From contig JAQVXI010000004.1 of the NCBI GenBank assembly GCA_028709215.1, forward strand, positions 70,874 to 134,873: a stretch of 64,000 nucleotides of DNA, given 5' to 3'. Shown in pieces: positions 54,396-64,000 of this stretch. A program made the position numbers and the translations under genes. How positions within the stretch are numbered: position 1 is the first letter of the stretch; each line of letters starts with the position of its first letter. The DNA comes from Bacteroidales bacterium. GTDB lineage: Bacteria > Bacteroidota > Bacteroidia > Bacteroidales > UBA1402. The notes below the pieces were generated by a model. That model did no database searches, was not told the DNA's origin, and saw nothing but the letters and a program-made list of their open reading frames with translations.

Positions 54396-54893
54396 GTGAT
54401 CAAACCTTCCGACTACAACCTGTTGCCCACCCTGGCTGCCAAAGCAGCACCTTCGTGGAAAAGCCTTTTTAAAAAACACAAAAAAAGGCTGGAAAGCATG
54501 GACAACCTTGTGCATCAGTTTCATGATACATACAGTGCGCGCATCGACTGCCTTGCTTGTGCCCGATGCTGCAAAACCCTGGGTCCGCGCATCGAATCCA
54601 AAGATGTCGAACGCATCGCAAAAGCCCTGCGTAGGAAGCCGGTCGATGTGATCAATCAATACCTTCGGATCGACGAAGACGGTGATTTGGTTTTTGCCTC
54701 CATGCCCTGCCCCTTTTTGGGTGCGGATCATTATTGCAGCATCTACGAATCCAGACCCAAAGCCTGTCGGGAATATCCGCACACCGATCGCAAACGCTTT
54801 TACCAAATCACAACGCTGAGCATCAAAAATGCAGAAACCTGCCCCATTGTCTATGAGGTACTGCAAGACCTGAGCAAATTATTGCCGCGGTAA
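54396..54893 (+). CDS. YkgJ-family cysteine-cluster protein
   Basis: 165 aa, GTG start. Motifs CLACARCC and CPFLGADHYCSIYESRPKACREYP. Confidence 0.7.
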   Translation: MIKPSDYNLLPTLAAKAAPSWKSLFKKHKKRLESMDNLVHQFHDTYSARIDCLACARCCKTLGPRIESKDVERIAKALRRKPVDVINQYLRIDEDGDLVFASMPCPFLGADHYCSIYESRPKACREYPHTDRKRFYQITTLSIKNAETCPIVYEVLQDLSKLLPR

Positions 54894-57800
54894 GTCGGTT
54901 TTTAACTGCATCAACGCAGGTAAGAAGAACAACAAGCCGAAAAACGAAAAAATCAATCCGCCAATACTGCCGGCGGCCAAAGGGAACCAAAAGCCTTCTC
55001 TTTCTCCGATCAAAAATGGAACAAAGCCCATAATGGTGGTAAACAACGTAAGAAAAACCGGAACGATTCGCATATTCCATGCTTTCAAATACGCCCTTAA
55101 TGGCGACTGAGGCTGGCTTTTTTGTATTCTATTGTATTGATTCACCACATAAATACCTGCGTTTACAGTAATGCCGCTTAGCAGCACAAATGCGGCAAAA
55201 CCTCCCTGATCGAAGTTTAATTTGAAAACAAAAAAGGTCAAAAACAAGCCCACAAACGAAATCGGAACAATCAACAAGATGGCCAACGGTTGGCGGAGCG
55301 AATTGAACAGAATACCGGTTATGAAATAAATAATGCCGGCGATAATCAGCAACAGCAGGTACTGTTTGTTCTGTTTTTTTGCATTCCAGCCGTTGTGGTT
55401 TTCTTTCTGAATCTGATAACCCATCGGGAGCAAGGCGGAAAAGGTTTTGACCGTTTTATCCAGCACACGCGTCGTTTGCTGATACGAACCGATGTAATCG
55501 TATTGTAGACACAAAACGTATTGCTGATTCTCACGGGCAATGATTTGTGGGGCTTGCGTCTGCAAAACATCGGCAATGCCGGAAATCCGATAGTGGCGAT
55601 CGCCGGCCAAACCCTGCTCCTGCTTAAAATGCCAGACATCGTATTGTTTCGACTGCAATGAATTGAGCATGATGCGTTCCTCTCCATCGGGTCCGTTCCA
55701 ACTGCCCAGATACGACTGGTTCAAAAACAGGCTGTTTATATCCGAAAACAAGGGATTGGGAGATAAGTTGTTTTCCGCCAAACGGTCTTTTTTCAAATCA
55801 AACACAAACTCCTGATAATTGTCTTTGTAATAACTGAATTTGGAATCAATCGTCACCTCCTGTACCCTTCTGTATTGCAACAGACTGTCCTTGACCTGCT
55901 CCGCTATCGAATACAGTTCGTCGTAATTGTAACCCAGTAAGCGGATTTGGCTGGATCCGGCTTCTTCCCGAATCATATTGCTGAAGCCGTCACCCAAACC
56001 ATAGACACCCCAACTACCGCCACCCAGTTGAACAGACTTCCCAATCAACTCATTTTTGATCATATAAGGGAAAGAACCGAACTGATATTCTTTGGTAAAC
56101 CGAACATCGATGCTTGCCTGTTGCGTACGCACATTGGTTTGGAATTGTTTGATCTCGGGATAGGCATTCAACTCTTGTTCCATTTGTCGAATCAAATAAT
56201 CCGTTTGCTCCAACGTACTGCCATTGGGCATTGTCAGCGTAACCATGACGGAGGTTTCTTCGTTTTCTTTCCAATACGAACCGGTAGCAACCTCGTTTGC
56301 AAAAAGTCGCAACGTTCCACCAAGTGTCCACTCAACAATCGATCGTACATGCTCCTGGTAAAAATCAGAGCCGAGAGTTGCATTGTATAAAGCTGCGGGA
56401 GAAACCGTTTTTTCTGTTTCAATCCGCGTCGGAAGCAAATGCACCGGCAAGCCAAACAACAAGAGTCCTGCAAGCAAGACATAGGCTCGTTTTCGGTTGG
56501 CAAAACGAATGTATCGTTCGTACAGTCGATTAAAATGAGCACGGAATCGACGGAACCGACGTCGAGGCCTTTTAACGGTCGGATTTTCTTGCTCCGTAAA
56601 TAAATGAAACCGATCCATTAAAGCAGGTACCAGCCACAAAACAACCAGCATCGATGTGCCCAGATTGATGGCAATCACAAGAGCAAAATCCTGTAAATTC
56701 AAACGCACTTGTTCGTCCATAAAAAAAATCATCGCCAACGCAGCGATGCTGGTTAGAGACGAAGCCACGATCGCCAATACCGCTTGGCGATCCCTGTGTC
56801 GGTGCATTTGGTCCGCCATCACAATGATGTTGTCCAACAAGAGATTGAGCGAGATCGTCAGTCCCATCAGAGAATACAGGTGCATCTCCAAACCAACCAA
56901 ATAATAGACCACAACAGAAACACTCAAACAACCCAACATCGAACAAACAATCATCCACACATACCGCCGCTTCCGATAGATCAATAAAATCAGCGCCATC
57001 AAAAGAAACAAGGTGAGCAGCGAGCGTTCCATCAGAACCTTCAACTGATCGTGTATATATTCGGTGGTATCATACGCCAAATGCATCTCAAAACCTTCCG
57101 GAAACGAGGGCTCCATTTCAAGCAATCGGGCCTTGACCGCCTTTGCCAACTTCAACTGATTGACCTCACCCTTTGCCTTAAGTGTGAGGTACACGGAATT
57201 CAACCCATTGATGCGATAATAATGGTAGGATTGTGCCGCTTCCCGTTTGACCGTAACAAACGAATCCAAACGCAGCAGTTTTCCCTCCTTGTTTTTTATA
57301 TAAATGCGTGTCGGATCAAATGGTTTTCCGGAGTTTCCATGCGTCAGGACCAGACGAAGGCGTTGATGCGCATCTTCGTTGCCCATGCCCAAAAACATCG
57401 TATGGTTTTGCTGTTGAATTGCATGTCGAAGATCCTCCACCTCAAGCCCCAAGGACTGCATTTGCTTGTAGTCGTACTCCAGCACCCATACAAAATCGGA
57501 GGCTCCATAGATGCTAATGCCATCGATGCCTTTCAACTGTGACAGTTCTTTTTTAATACGACTCTCGGCATAGTCCTGAATCTCGTTGCTCGAAAAGGGA
57601 GCATGGAGTGTATAGGATAAGAATGGCCGGGCAGCATTTTCATCCGACTGTCTTGCATTCACATTGGGATAAGAAACACCTTCGGGCAGAGAAGGATATA
57701 CTTGGCGAATCAAATTGGCGACTTCAAATCGAACAAAATCAATGTCGGCATGTTTGTTGAGCCGCGCAGTGACCGAACCATTTCCATTACCGGATTCGGA

Positions 57801-58025
57801 TGTGACTTTTTCGATGCCCTTGATGCGACTCAGCATTCCTTCGAGCTTGGATGTCACCTCCATCTCCACCACGCGAGACGACATGTTGCTCATTCCAAAG
57901 GAAATGGTCAACTGAGGCATATCCCGCCTGGGGGCAAGCTTGACAGGTAGTTTGGGGATCAAAAAAAGACCAATCAACCCGACACAACTGAAAAACAAAA
58001 CGATCTTAAAGGAATTTTGCAACAT
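54879..58025 (-). CDS. RND-superfamily efflux permease (AcrB-like), second copy in the operon
   Basis: Trimmed to the ATG at 58025 (MLQNSFKIVLFFSCVGLIGL...). About 1048 aa with the 12-TM, two-large-loop AcrB layout. Overlaps the TolC-family gene stop by 20 nt. Confidence 0.8.
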   Translation of the reverse strand: MLQNSFKIVLFFSCVGLIGLFLIPKLPVKLAPRRDMPQLTISFGMSNMSSRVVEMEVTSKLEGMLSRIKGIEKVTSESGNGNGSVTARLNKHADIDFVRFEVANLIRQVYPSLPEGVSYPNVNARQSDENAARPFLSYTLHAPFSSNEIQDYAESRIKKELSQLKGIDGISIYGASDFVWVLEYDYKQMQSLGLEVEDLRHAIQQQNHTMFLGMGNEDAHQRLRLVLTHGNSGKPFDPTRIYIKNKEGKLLRLDSFVTVKREAAQSYHYYRINGLNSVYLTLKAKGEVNQLKLAKAVKARLLEMEPSFPEGFEMHLAYDTTEYIHDQLKVLMERSLLTLFLLMALILLIYRKRRYVWMIVCSMLGCLSVSVVVYYLVGLEMHLYSLMGLTISLNLLLDNIIVMADQMHRHRDRQAVLAIVASSLTSIAALAMIFFMDEQVRLNLQDFALVIAINLGTSMLVVLWLVPALMDRFHLFTEQENPTVKRPRRRFRRFRAHFNRLYERYIRFANRKRAYVLLAGLLLFGLPVHLLPTRIETEKTVSPAALYNATLGSDFYQEHVRSIVEWTLGGTLRLFANEVATGSYWKENEETSVMVTLTMPNGSTLEQTDYLIRQMEQELNAYPEIKQFQTNVRTQQASIDVRFTKEYQFGSFPYMIKNELIGKSVQLGGGSWGVYGLGDGFSNMIREEAGSSQIRLLGYNYDELYSIAEQVKDSLLQYRRVQEVTIDSKFSYYKDNYQEFVFDLKKDRLAENNLSPNPLFSDINSLFLNQSYLGSWNGPDGEERIMLNSLQSKQYDVWHFKQEQGLAGDRHYRISGIADVLQTQAPQIIARENQQYVLCLQYDYIGSYQQTTRVLDKTVKTFSALLPMGYQIQKENHNGWNAKKQNKQYLLLLIIAGIIYFITGILFNSLRQPLAILLIVPISFVGLFLTFFVFKLNFDQGGFAAFVLLSGITVNAGIYVVNQYNRIQKSQPQSPLRAYLKAWNMRIVPVFLTLFTTIMGFVPFLIGEREGFWFPLAAGSIGGLIFSFFGLLFFLPALMQLKTDLPRQ

Positions 58026-59505
58026 ATTTGTTTTCAAAATCGGTGTATAACGGAAGGTTGCGCTGGAAATCAAACAGTGTCAACTTGCGCAGCTTTAAAT
58101 AACTCAACCAATAGTTTTTTAGTGCTGATATGTAGTTGCGACGTGCCGTTTCCTTGCGACTTAAAGCCATGGATAAACTACTGATTTCCACTTTCCCAAT
58201 CAGGTAACGGTCTTTGGTGGCTTCGTAAGCAAGATCGGCCAGTACACGCGCCTCTTCGGCACTCTTTATCATGTTTTGTTGAATATTAAAGTCATTGACC
58301 GTCATGGCAACTTCCTCTTCCAAACTCAATTCGTCCTGTAGTACCGTCAGCTGAATCACTTCCAGTTGATTTCGTGCCATGTTGACTTTGCCCCTTCGTA
58401 CACCCCAGTCAACGAGAGGCACCTTCACACTGACCGAAACCACATCCTGTTCCAGCGGATTGCGGTAGCTGTCCCGAAAATCGGAGGCTACCTGATTGAA
58501 TCCCACGCTCATATTTAGGCTTGCCTCCAATTTGGACGAGCGTTCCGTTTGTTCCAGATTACGCCTTGCCTCAAGCAAGGATTGTTTGTTTGTCAGGTAG
58601 TCGGGATTGTACAAGCGAACCATGTCTAAAGCTGTTTGAGTCGAAATGGTTACCTGTCTTGGTTTTTCCGGCAACTGCAAGCGGAGCAGAAGTTGTTTGT
58701 CCATATTCAGGTAATTGGCCAGAGCAAACGAAGCTTTCTTCAAATCAATTTCTGCGTTGCTTAAGGTATTGCCAGCATTGATCCAATCCAGACGCAACGT
58801 CAATAAATCCGCCTGAGAAATCGACGCGATCTGCTGACGCTCCCTGCCCACGATTCGATACAAGGTATCGCTGGAAGCCAAACCGGATTCTGCCAGATTG
58901 TAGGCAACCTCAGCCATGGCTAAATTAAAAAAGTAGGAGGCTGCCGTCTCGCTAATGCTCTCCAACGTGTATAACAACGTCCGCTTAGCCTTTTCGTAGC
59001 GCAAGGGTTCGATTTGCTTTTCCCACTTAAATCGATTGTAGCCGACCAACTGCTGCGAATAACCAATGCGTATGGGGACCGTTGAATACTGCTGATAGGT
59101 GGTTGATCCGAAATTGCGAACAAAACCCATTTCGGAATCGAAGTATAAGGATCCTCCCGTCAGATCCACATTTTGACTCAGCGCCAGATTGCCATAAGAG
59201 TACAAGGACTGCTGTTGTCGGTACACATCGCGGTTGGTCTCGGAGTCGTATCGACTTTTGAACGTGCGATCGTAGCGAAGCGGAGTCATGGACAGCGTGA
59301 GCGAGGGCAATCGGGCTGCCCGATACGAACGATACGACCAGTATTCACTAAGAAAGGAGTTTCTTGCCCGGTGTGCACTCAACGACTGATCGCAGGCAAG
59401 CGCGATGGTTTCCTCCAGGGACAAAACCCGGTCCTGCGCAAAGACTACGGAACCCAATGCTTGAAGAGAAAAAAAGAGAAAAAGTGTTTGTTTTATTTTC
59501 AGCAT
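58006..59505 (-). CDS. TolC-family outer membrane efflux protein
   Basis: 499 aa. Signal peptide (LFFSLQALGSVVFAQ). Two OEP-type helical repeats. Confidence 0.85.
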   Translation of the reverse strand: MLKIKQTLFLFFSLQALGSVVFAQDRVLSLEETIALACDQSLSAHRARNSFLSEYWSYRSYRAARLPSLTLSMTPLRYDRTFKSRYDSETNRDVYRQQQSLYSYGNLALSQNVDLTGGSLYFDSEMGFVRNFGSTTYQQYSTVPIRIGYSQQLVGYNRFKWEKQIEPLRYEKAKRTLLYTLESISETAASYFFNLAMAEVAYNLAESGLASSDTLYRIVGRERQQIASISQADLLTLRLDWINAGNTLSNAEIDLKKASFALANYLNMDKQLLLRLQLPEKPRQVTISTQTALDMVRLYNPDYLTNKQSLLEARRNLEQTERSSKLEASLNMSVGFNQVASDFRDSYRNPLEQDVVSVSVKVPLVDWGVRRGKVNMARNQLEVIQLTVLQDELSLEEEVAMTVNDFNIQQNMIKSAEEARVLADLAYEATKDRYLIGKVEISSLSMALSRKETARRNYISALKNYWLSYLKLRKLTLFDFQRNLPLYTDFENKYVAKFL

Positions 59506-59508
59506 ACC

Positions 59509-62500
59509 TTAATCGTTTTTACGGTAAATCCACCAATAGAGCAACGGAACGACAAAAAGACTCACCGGCGTACCGATGATCATACCTCCAATGGTAGCCA
59601 ATGCAAGCGGTTTTTCGAGATTGGATCCCAGATCGTCTGTCAAGAGTAGCGGAGCCATGCAGACGATGGACGTGAAACTGGTCATCAAAATGGCATTGAG
59701 CCTTCGGCGTCCGGCTTCGTGAATGGCATCCATTAAAGCAAAGCCTTCCGACCTCAATTGATTCATCACATCCACCTTCAAAATGGAATCATTGATTACA
59801 ATTCCGCACGTAACCACCATTCCGATGGCCGACATCAAATTGAGCGTATGCCCGGCAAGCATAAGCAAACCCAACGACGCAGCGATATCGATGGGGATCT
59901 CCATCAAAATGATGAGCGGTTGTACAAAACTTTCAAACTGGGCCACCAGAATAAAATACATCAGCAGGATGGATATAAACAGAATGACCATCATCTCCAA
60001 GAGCATCTTCCGACTGGCAAAAATGCCTCCCGAAAAAGCGATGTCCCAATCCGTTTGATGGTTCAATGCACGTTGTGTTTCACGCATCAGCCCATCCGGA
60101 TCCTCCACTTGAGCAAACGTCATGGGAATGTATTCACCGGCCTTTCCGGCCACAATGGTTTTCAGATCTTCCGACTCCCAGACGCGAACAAATCGATTTA
60201 AAGAAAGCTTGTTGCTGCTTCCATCCTTGTTCATGGAAACACGAATCAGGGTCGTTGAAAGAATCTCCTCGATGCTGCGTTGTTTTCCGCCCAAAACGAC
60301 CGGCAAATACTGTTGATACGAACGCAGTGTCGCAATCCGATTGATGCGAAAAGCGGTGCGAAGTGCCTGGTTTACTTCGTTATAGGATACTCCGTAATAC
60401 AACAGTTTTTCTTGATCGATTTGTATGTTGAGTTGCCGCTCAAAGGCGACCGCTTCCGGTGCAACTCCGGTAGCCTGTGCAATGCGACGGGATACATCCT
60501 GTATCTGTATGGCTGTCAAGTCCAAATCCCGATGGCTCGGATAGCACTCTACAACCAAATCCGCTTCGCCGGTTGTAAAAAGCTTCTCAAAGATGGTTCC
60601 GGCGGGTTCAAATCCGACCAACGCCTGTGGGTACTGTCGGTTCAGGTATTCCCGAATGCGCTGCTCCAGATCCGGCAATTGATCTGCGTCAGAAACCTTT
60701 ACATACAGCTCCGACTCGGAAGAGGCCATCGGTCTTTTGCGGTCCAATAAAAACTGCTGCTGACCGACCATACCGGTTTGCTGTACTACATGAGGACGTA
60801 TGAATTCGAGTAAATCCTGTGTGCGTCGTGCGTTCTCAGCCACATGAATGTTTTCGTTCCAATCCAACGAAACAACGATTTCCTGCTGATGCAGATCCGG
60901 CATCTTCTCTTTCGGGATAAGCCAAAACAAACAGGCGCAGATGGGCAAAACAGCCAACATCACAACGGTGGTCAATGCCTTATGGGCAAACACCCATGTA
61001 ATTCCCTTATGATACAGTCTTTCGGGGAAATCCACACCCTTGGGTTTCGAACGTTTCGGCTCTTTCTTATTGAATTGATTGAATAGTACAGGCAACAGGA
61101 TAATTCCGGTAAGATAGGAGACAAACATTCCAATGGTAACCGAAAGTGCCTGATCAAAAAACAAGGCGCCTGCAATGCCGCTCAAAAAGACCAGGGGAGC
61201 GAAGACGGCAATGGAGGATAGGGCCGAACTGAGCATGGGCCCCATCACTTCGTTGGTCCCCTTGATGCATGCCTCGGGGGGAGACAACCCACGTTGCCGG
61301 TATTGGGTGATGTTGTCACTCACGACGATGGAATTATCAATCATATTGCCCGAGGCCAGAATGAGTCCGGTCAAAGAAACCACGTTGATGGACAAGTCCA
61401 GCAGATAAAACAAAAGCAAACTCACAATAACAGCCACAATCATGCTGATTCCGATGAGGATGGGTGATCGCATGTCATTCATAAACACCACAGAAATCAA
61501 CCAAACAAAGATGAAGGCAAGAATCAGGTTCTGTTTGAGATTGGAAATGGTGTAGTCCAATAGTTCAGCCTGGTTTTCCGTTGTTTGAATATCCATCCAT
61601 GTATGGGTCTCTTTCAGACTTTGTATCACCTGATTCAACGAACGTTGCAAATCATCCATATTGACATCGGCTTGCTTGATGATGGCCAGGCGCACGCAAC
61701 GCCTGTTTTCAAACAAGGCCATTCCCGTTTCTGAAGCAGGTGCAAACTGGATTTCCGCCAAATCAGCAAACGTATATAGTCGGTCATTCTTGCGAATAAA
61801 AATGTTGCGCACGTCGTCCAACGTGCGAACCACAGAAGAAAAGCGTATATTGTACTCGTAGTGGCCATCCCGTACAATCAACCCTCCGGGTTCTACGTTG
61901 TTTTGATTCAGCGCATTTTCCAGCTCGGATAAGGCAATGCCGGCGATTTCCATTTTATTTTTATCCGGTACAATCAGTACTTCTTTCTTCACCAGACCGG
62001 TTACATCAACCATGGACACCTCCGGCAATTGTTCTATGCGGCGCTTGACTACGGTTTCAGCAAACGCACACAGGTCAAGAAAATCCCGATCGTCGACCAA
62101 CATCAGATTGACGTATTGCACCGGGATGTCGGTAGCACTGGCCTTGATCACTCGCGGACGATCGACCGTGCGCGGAAGGTAATTCATGGACGCATCGACT
62201 TTTTCGTTTGCCTCCATAAAAGCCAGTTCCGCATTGGTTCCGTATTCAAAACGAAGGCGAATCAATCCGATGCCATCCCTGGTTTCTGTCCGAATGTCCG
62301 TCAAGTTACTCAGTTGATTGAGCTGCTGTCTGAGCGGACGTACAACGGTATTTTCCAATTCACGGGCAGATGTCGATTCGTTGGAAACCTGTATGGTTAT
62401 TTCCGGAATCGGTATATCCGGCAGTAAGGATATGGGCAAATTGGGCAAGGCGACCAATCCGACGATGCAACAGGCCAGAAAGGTCATCAGAACCGAAATG

Positions 62501-62526
62501 GGACGTTCGATTAAAAACTTGATCAT
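59509..62526 (-). CDS. RND-superfamily efflux permease (AcrB-like), first copy
   Basis: 1005 aa. N-terminus MIKFLIERPISVLMTFLACCIVGLVAL is typical of the ACR_tran family. Confidence 0.9.
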   Translation of the reverse strand: MIKFLIERPISVLMTFLACCIVGLVALPNLPISLLPDIPIPEITIQVSNESTSARELENTVVRPLRQQLNQLSNLTDIRTETRDGIGLIRLRFEYGTNAELAFMEANEKVDASMNYLPRTVDRPRVIKASATDIPVQYVNLMLVDDRDFLDLCAFAETVVKRRIEQLPEVSMVDVTGLVKKEVLIVPDKNKMEIAGIALSELENALNQNNVEPGGLIVRDGHYEYNIRFSSVVRTLDDVRNIFIRKNDRLYTFADLAEIQFAPASETGMALFENRRCVRLAIIKQADVNMDDLQRSLNQVIQSLKETHTWMDIQTTENQAELLDYTISNLKQNLILAFIFVWLISVVFMNDMRSPILIGISMIVAVIVSLLLFYLLDLSINVVSLTGLILASGNMIDNSIVVSDNITQYRQRGLSPPEACIKGTNEVMGPMLSSALSSIAVFAPLVFLSGIAGALFFDQALSVTIGMFVSYLTGIILLPVLFNQFNKKEPKRSKPKGVDFPERLYHKGITWVFAHKALTTVVMLAVLPICACLFWLIPKEKMPDLHQQEIVVSLDWNENIHVAENARRTQDLLEFIRPHVVQQTGMVGQQQFLLDRKRPMASSESELYVKVSDADQLPDLEQRIREYLNRQYPQALVGFEPAGTIFEKLFTTGEADLVVECYPSHRDLDLTAIQIQDVSRRIAQATGVAPEAVAFERQLNIQIDQEKLLYYGVSYNEVNQALRTAFRINRIATLRSYQQYLPVVLGGKQRSIEEILSTTLIRVSMNKDGSSNKLSLNRFVRVWESEDLKTIVAGKAGEYIPMTFAQVEDPDGLMRETQRALNHQTDWDIAFSGGIFASRKMLLEMMVILFISILLMYFILVAQFESFVQPLIILMEIPIDIAASLGLLMLAGHTLNLMSAIGMVVTCGIVINDSILKVDVMNQLRSEGFALMDAIHEAGRRRLNAILMTSFTSIVCMAPLLLTDDLGSNLEKPLALATIGGMIIGTPVSLFVVPLLYWWIYRKND

Positions 62527-62535
62527 AACGGCCGA

Positions 62536-63600
62536 TTATTCAACGACGAGGATGGGAGCCTCGTGCGCCAGATTAAAATTGCCCTCGTAGATGACTGAAT
62601 CACCCTCCTGAAGACCTTCCGTAACGGTAAAACTTTCTGAATTCTCAAGGCCTGTTTGAACATAGACCCATTGAGCACTGTTTTCTTTGGCCACAAACAC
62701 AACTTTTCGATTGTTGCGCAGCAACAGAGCACTTTTTGGGATGATCAAAGCCTGTTCTACGGCACGTTGCACCCGTACCCGTACGTTCATGCCCTCATAG
62801 AACGTTTGTTTGGGATTGTTCATTACAGCCTTCACCTCAATCATTCCATTCTTATCAACCATCGGATTCATTTCACTCACAACACCCGTACTCAGCTCCT
62901 CCGAATTGGAGAACGGGGCAATCAAAACCGTTTCACCCACCCGAACCATGGATCGTTCATTTTCCAAAATCATAAATCGCACTTCCGGATGATCCAAATC
63001 AAGAATGGTACAGAAAGGCTCGGAGGTTGCGGGATAGTTGCAGGCCTGCTGATTCATGTTTGCAACCACTCCGTCAAAAGGAGCAACCAGCGTTGCAGAA
63101 GCCAGATTGTACCGGGCATTGTCTGCATTGATTTGATTTTGTTGGAAGTTGCTTTTGACCTTGGCTATGCGAAGGATCGATTCGGGAATGGAATCTTGCT
63201 CTGAAAGCACAAACCCTTGTCCGATCAGTATGTCCTGCAAATCCAGTTTGGCACGTTCATAATTATCTTCAGCAATCAACAACGCATTCTCCAGACGAAT
63301 CGTTTCCAAAGAAGCCAATTTGCTGCCTTTGGTTACCTTCTGCCCATTTCTTACATAAATCTGCTCGATGATTTCCGTGCTTTGAAACTTCAAATCCACC
63401 TTCCGTCCTGCCTGAACACGACCATTGGATACCAGCTCAAAGTGGAACACTTCCTGCTTGACAGGCTTCACCCGTACCCGCGTCGGCGCGTCTGAAAAAG
63501 TGGCTTCACCGGCCAATTTGTTGCTTGATTCGTTCTTCTCCGAGCCCGAACAGGCACTCATAAGTAGGGCAAATACAATTGCCCACGCTGTGTTCTGCAT
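62536..63600 (-). CDS. RND efflux periplasmic adaptor (membrane fusion) lipoprotein
   Basis: 354 aa. Lipobox LLMSACSG. Barrel-sandwich/hairpin pattern: VRNGQKVTKGSKLASLE...LVAPFDGVVA. Confidence 0.85.
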   Translation of the reverse strand: MQNTAWAIVFALLMSACSGSEKNESSNKLAGEATFSDAPTRVRVKPVKQEVFHFELVSNGRVQAGRKVDLKFQSTEIIEQIYVRNGQKVTKGSKLASLETIRLENALLIAEDNYERAKLDLQDILIGQGFVLSEQDSIPESILRIAKVKSNFQQNQINADNARYNLASATLVAPFDGVVANMNQQACNYPATSEPFCTILDLDHPEVRFMILENERSMVRVGETVLIAPFSNSEELSTGVVSEMNPMVDKNGMIEVKAVMNNPKQTFYEGMNVRVRVQRAVEQALIIPKSALLLRNNRKVVFVAKENSAQWVYVQTGLENSESFTVTEGLQEGDSVIYEGNFNLAHEAPILVVE

Positions 63601-63622
63601 GTTTATAGTAGATTATCTTGTT

Positions 63623-64000
63623 TTAGTTTTCAATGTTCCCTTTAATGTTTAACAACACGGGCGATTTCTCCATATTGCCGTACACGGAGATTGATTTTAA
63701 AAAGCTTGTTTCCTGACCGGGCGTATATTGGACCTTAATTTTTGTTGTACCTCCCACCCGTATGGGGCGTTTATCCCAATCCACCCGAGTACAACCACAA
63801 CTCGCATGCACACGGTGTATTATAAACGCATGGTCCCCGGTGTTTTTTATTTCAAAAACAGCCTCCGAACTTTGAGATCGAGGAATCAACCCAAAATCAT
63901 GCATTCGCTTATCGACCTCTATCGTCGTCCTTGACTGGGCAGCAGATTCACCCCTACCTGACACAGTGGACAAATACAGTTTCCACATTTTTGGATTTAA
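63623..64000 (-). CDS. DUF1573-domain protein, probably N-terminally truncated by the right window edge
   Basis: DUF1573 core HDFGLIPRSQSSEAVFEIKNTGDHAFIIHRVHASCGCT. The reading frame stays open upstream of the ATG at 63988 all the way to position 64000. Confidence 0.7.
   Translation of the reverse strand, partial: LNPKMWKLYLSTVSGRGESAAQSRTTIEVDKRMHDFGLIPRSQSSEAVFEIKNTGDHAFIIHRVHASCGCTRVDWDKRPIRVGGTTKIKVQYTPGQETSFLKSISVYGNMEKSPVLLNIKGNIEN

Noticed and set aside
54333-54866. 177-aa minus-strand ORF
   Set aside because: It is antisense to the YkgJ-family gene, which has clear cysteine-cluster motifs, and it runs through the PAP2 terminator hairpin.
1-64000. Searched by eye for CRISPR arrays, rRNA genes, IS elements with terminal inverted repeats, and long tandem repeats
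   Set aside because: None seen. Coding density is high, and the few spacers longer than 100 nt are accounted for above. A computational repeat scan is still advisable.

Overview
This is a chromosomal segment with clear Bacteroidota hallmarks: the uppS-bamA-ompH-ompH-murI block, a fused SecDF, a DUF1573 protein, and many TAnnTTTG -7 promoter boxes. It splits into two parts. (1) Positions 1 to ~8270 are an accessory defence island next to tRNA-Phe. All its genes are on the minus strand, in this order: a half-size hsdS, hsdM, a three-gene CBASS (Cap5 HNH-SAVED effector, CD-NTase, stand-alone E2-like protein), and a PrrC/RloC-like AAA_13 ATPase that runs off the left edge. The five genes from hsdS to E2 are packed with gaps or overlaps of 10 nt or less, behind a single recognisable promoter box. 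No hsdR lies in the window. The island is bounded on the tRNA side by an intact but chimeric ORF that joins an integrase arm-binding N-terminus to a relaxase C-terminus, which looks like a decayed NBU-like mobilisable element. (2) Positions ~8270 to 64000 are ordinary core genome. They hold four tRNAs (Phe, Pro, Gly, Leu), envelope biogenesis genes, ribD, prmC-recX-comF, pyrE, argH, an orphan response regulator, secDF, dcp, gltX, and a waaA-led glycosyltransferase operon. That operon converges on a seven-gene CDP-6-deoxyhexose / membrane GT2 / YfhO operon. After it come ahcY and an RND efflux operon with two RND permeases. The most notable observation is the CBASS cassette wired into a type I R-M operon and followed by a PrrC/RloC-like ATPase. 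A secondary lead is an orphan minus-strand promoter plus terminator pair (26222-26324) that predicts a small RNA of about 85 nt. Everything was done by eye. No HMM, BLAST, folding or GC computation was run.
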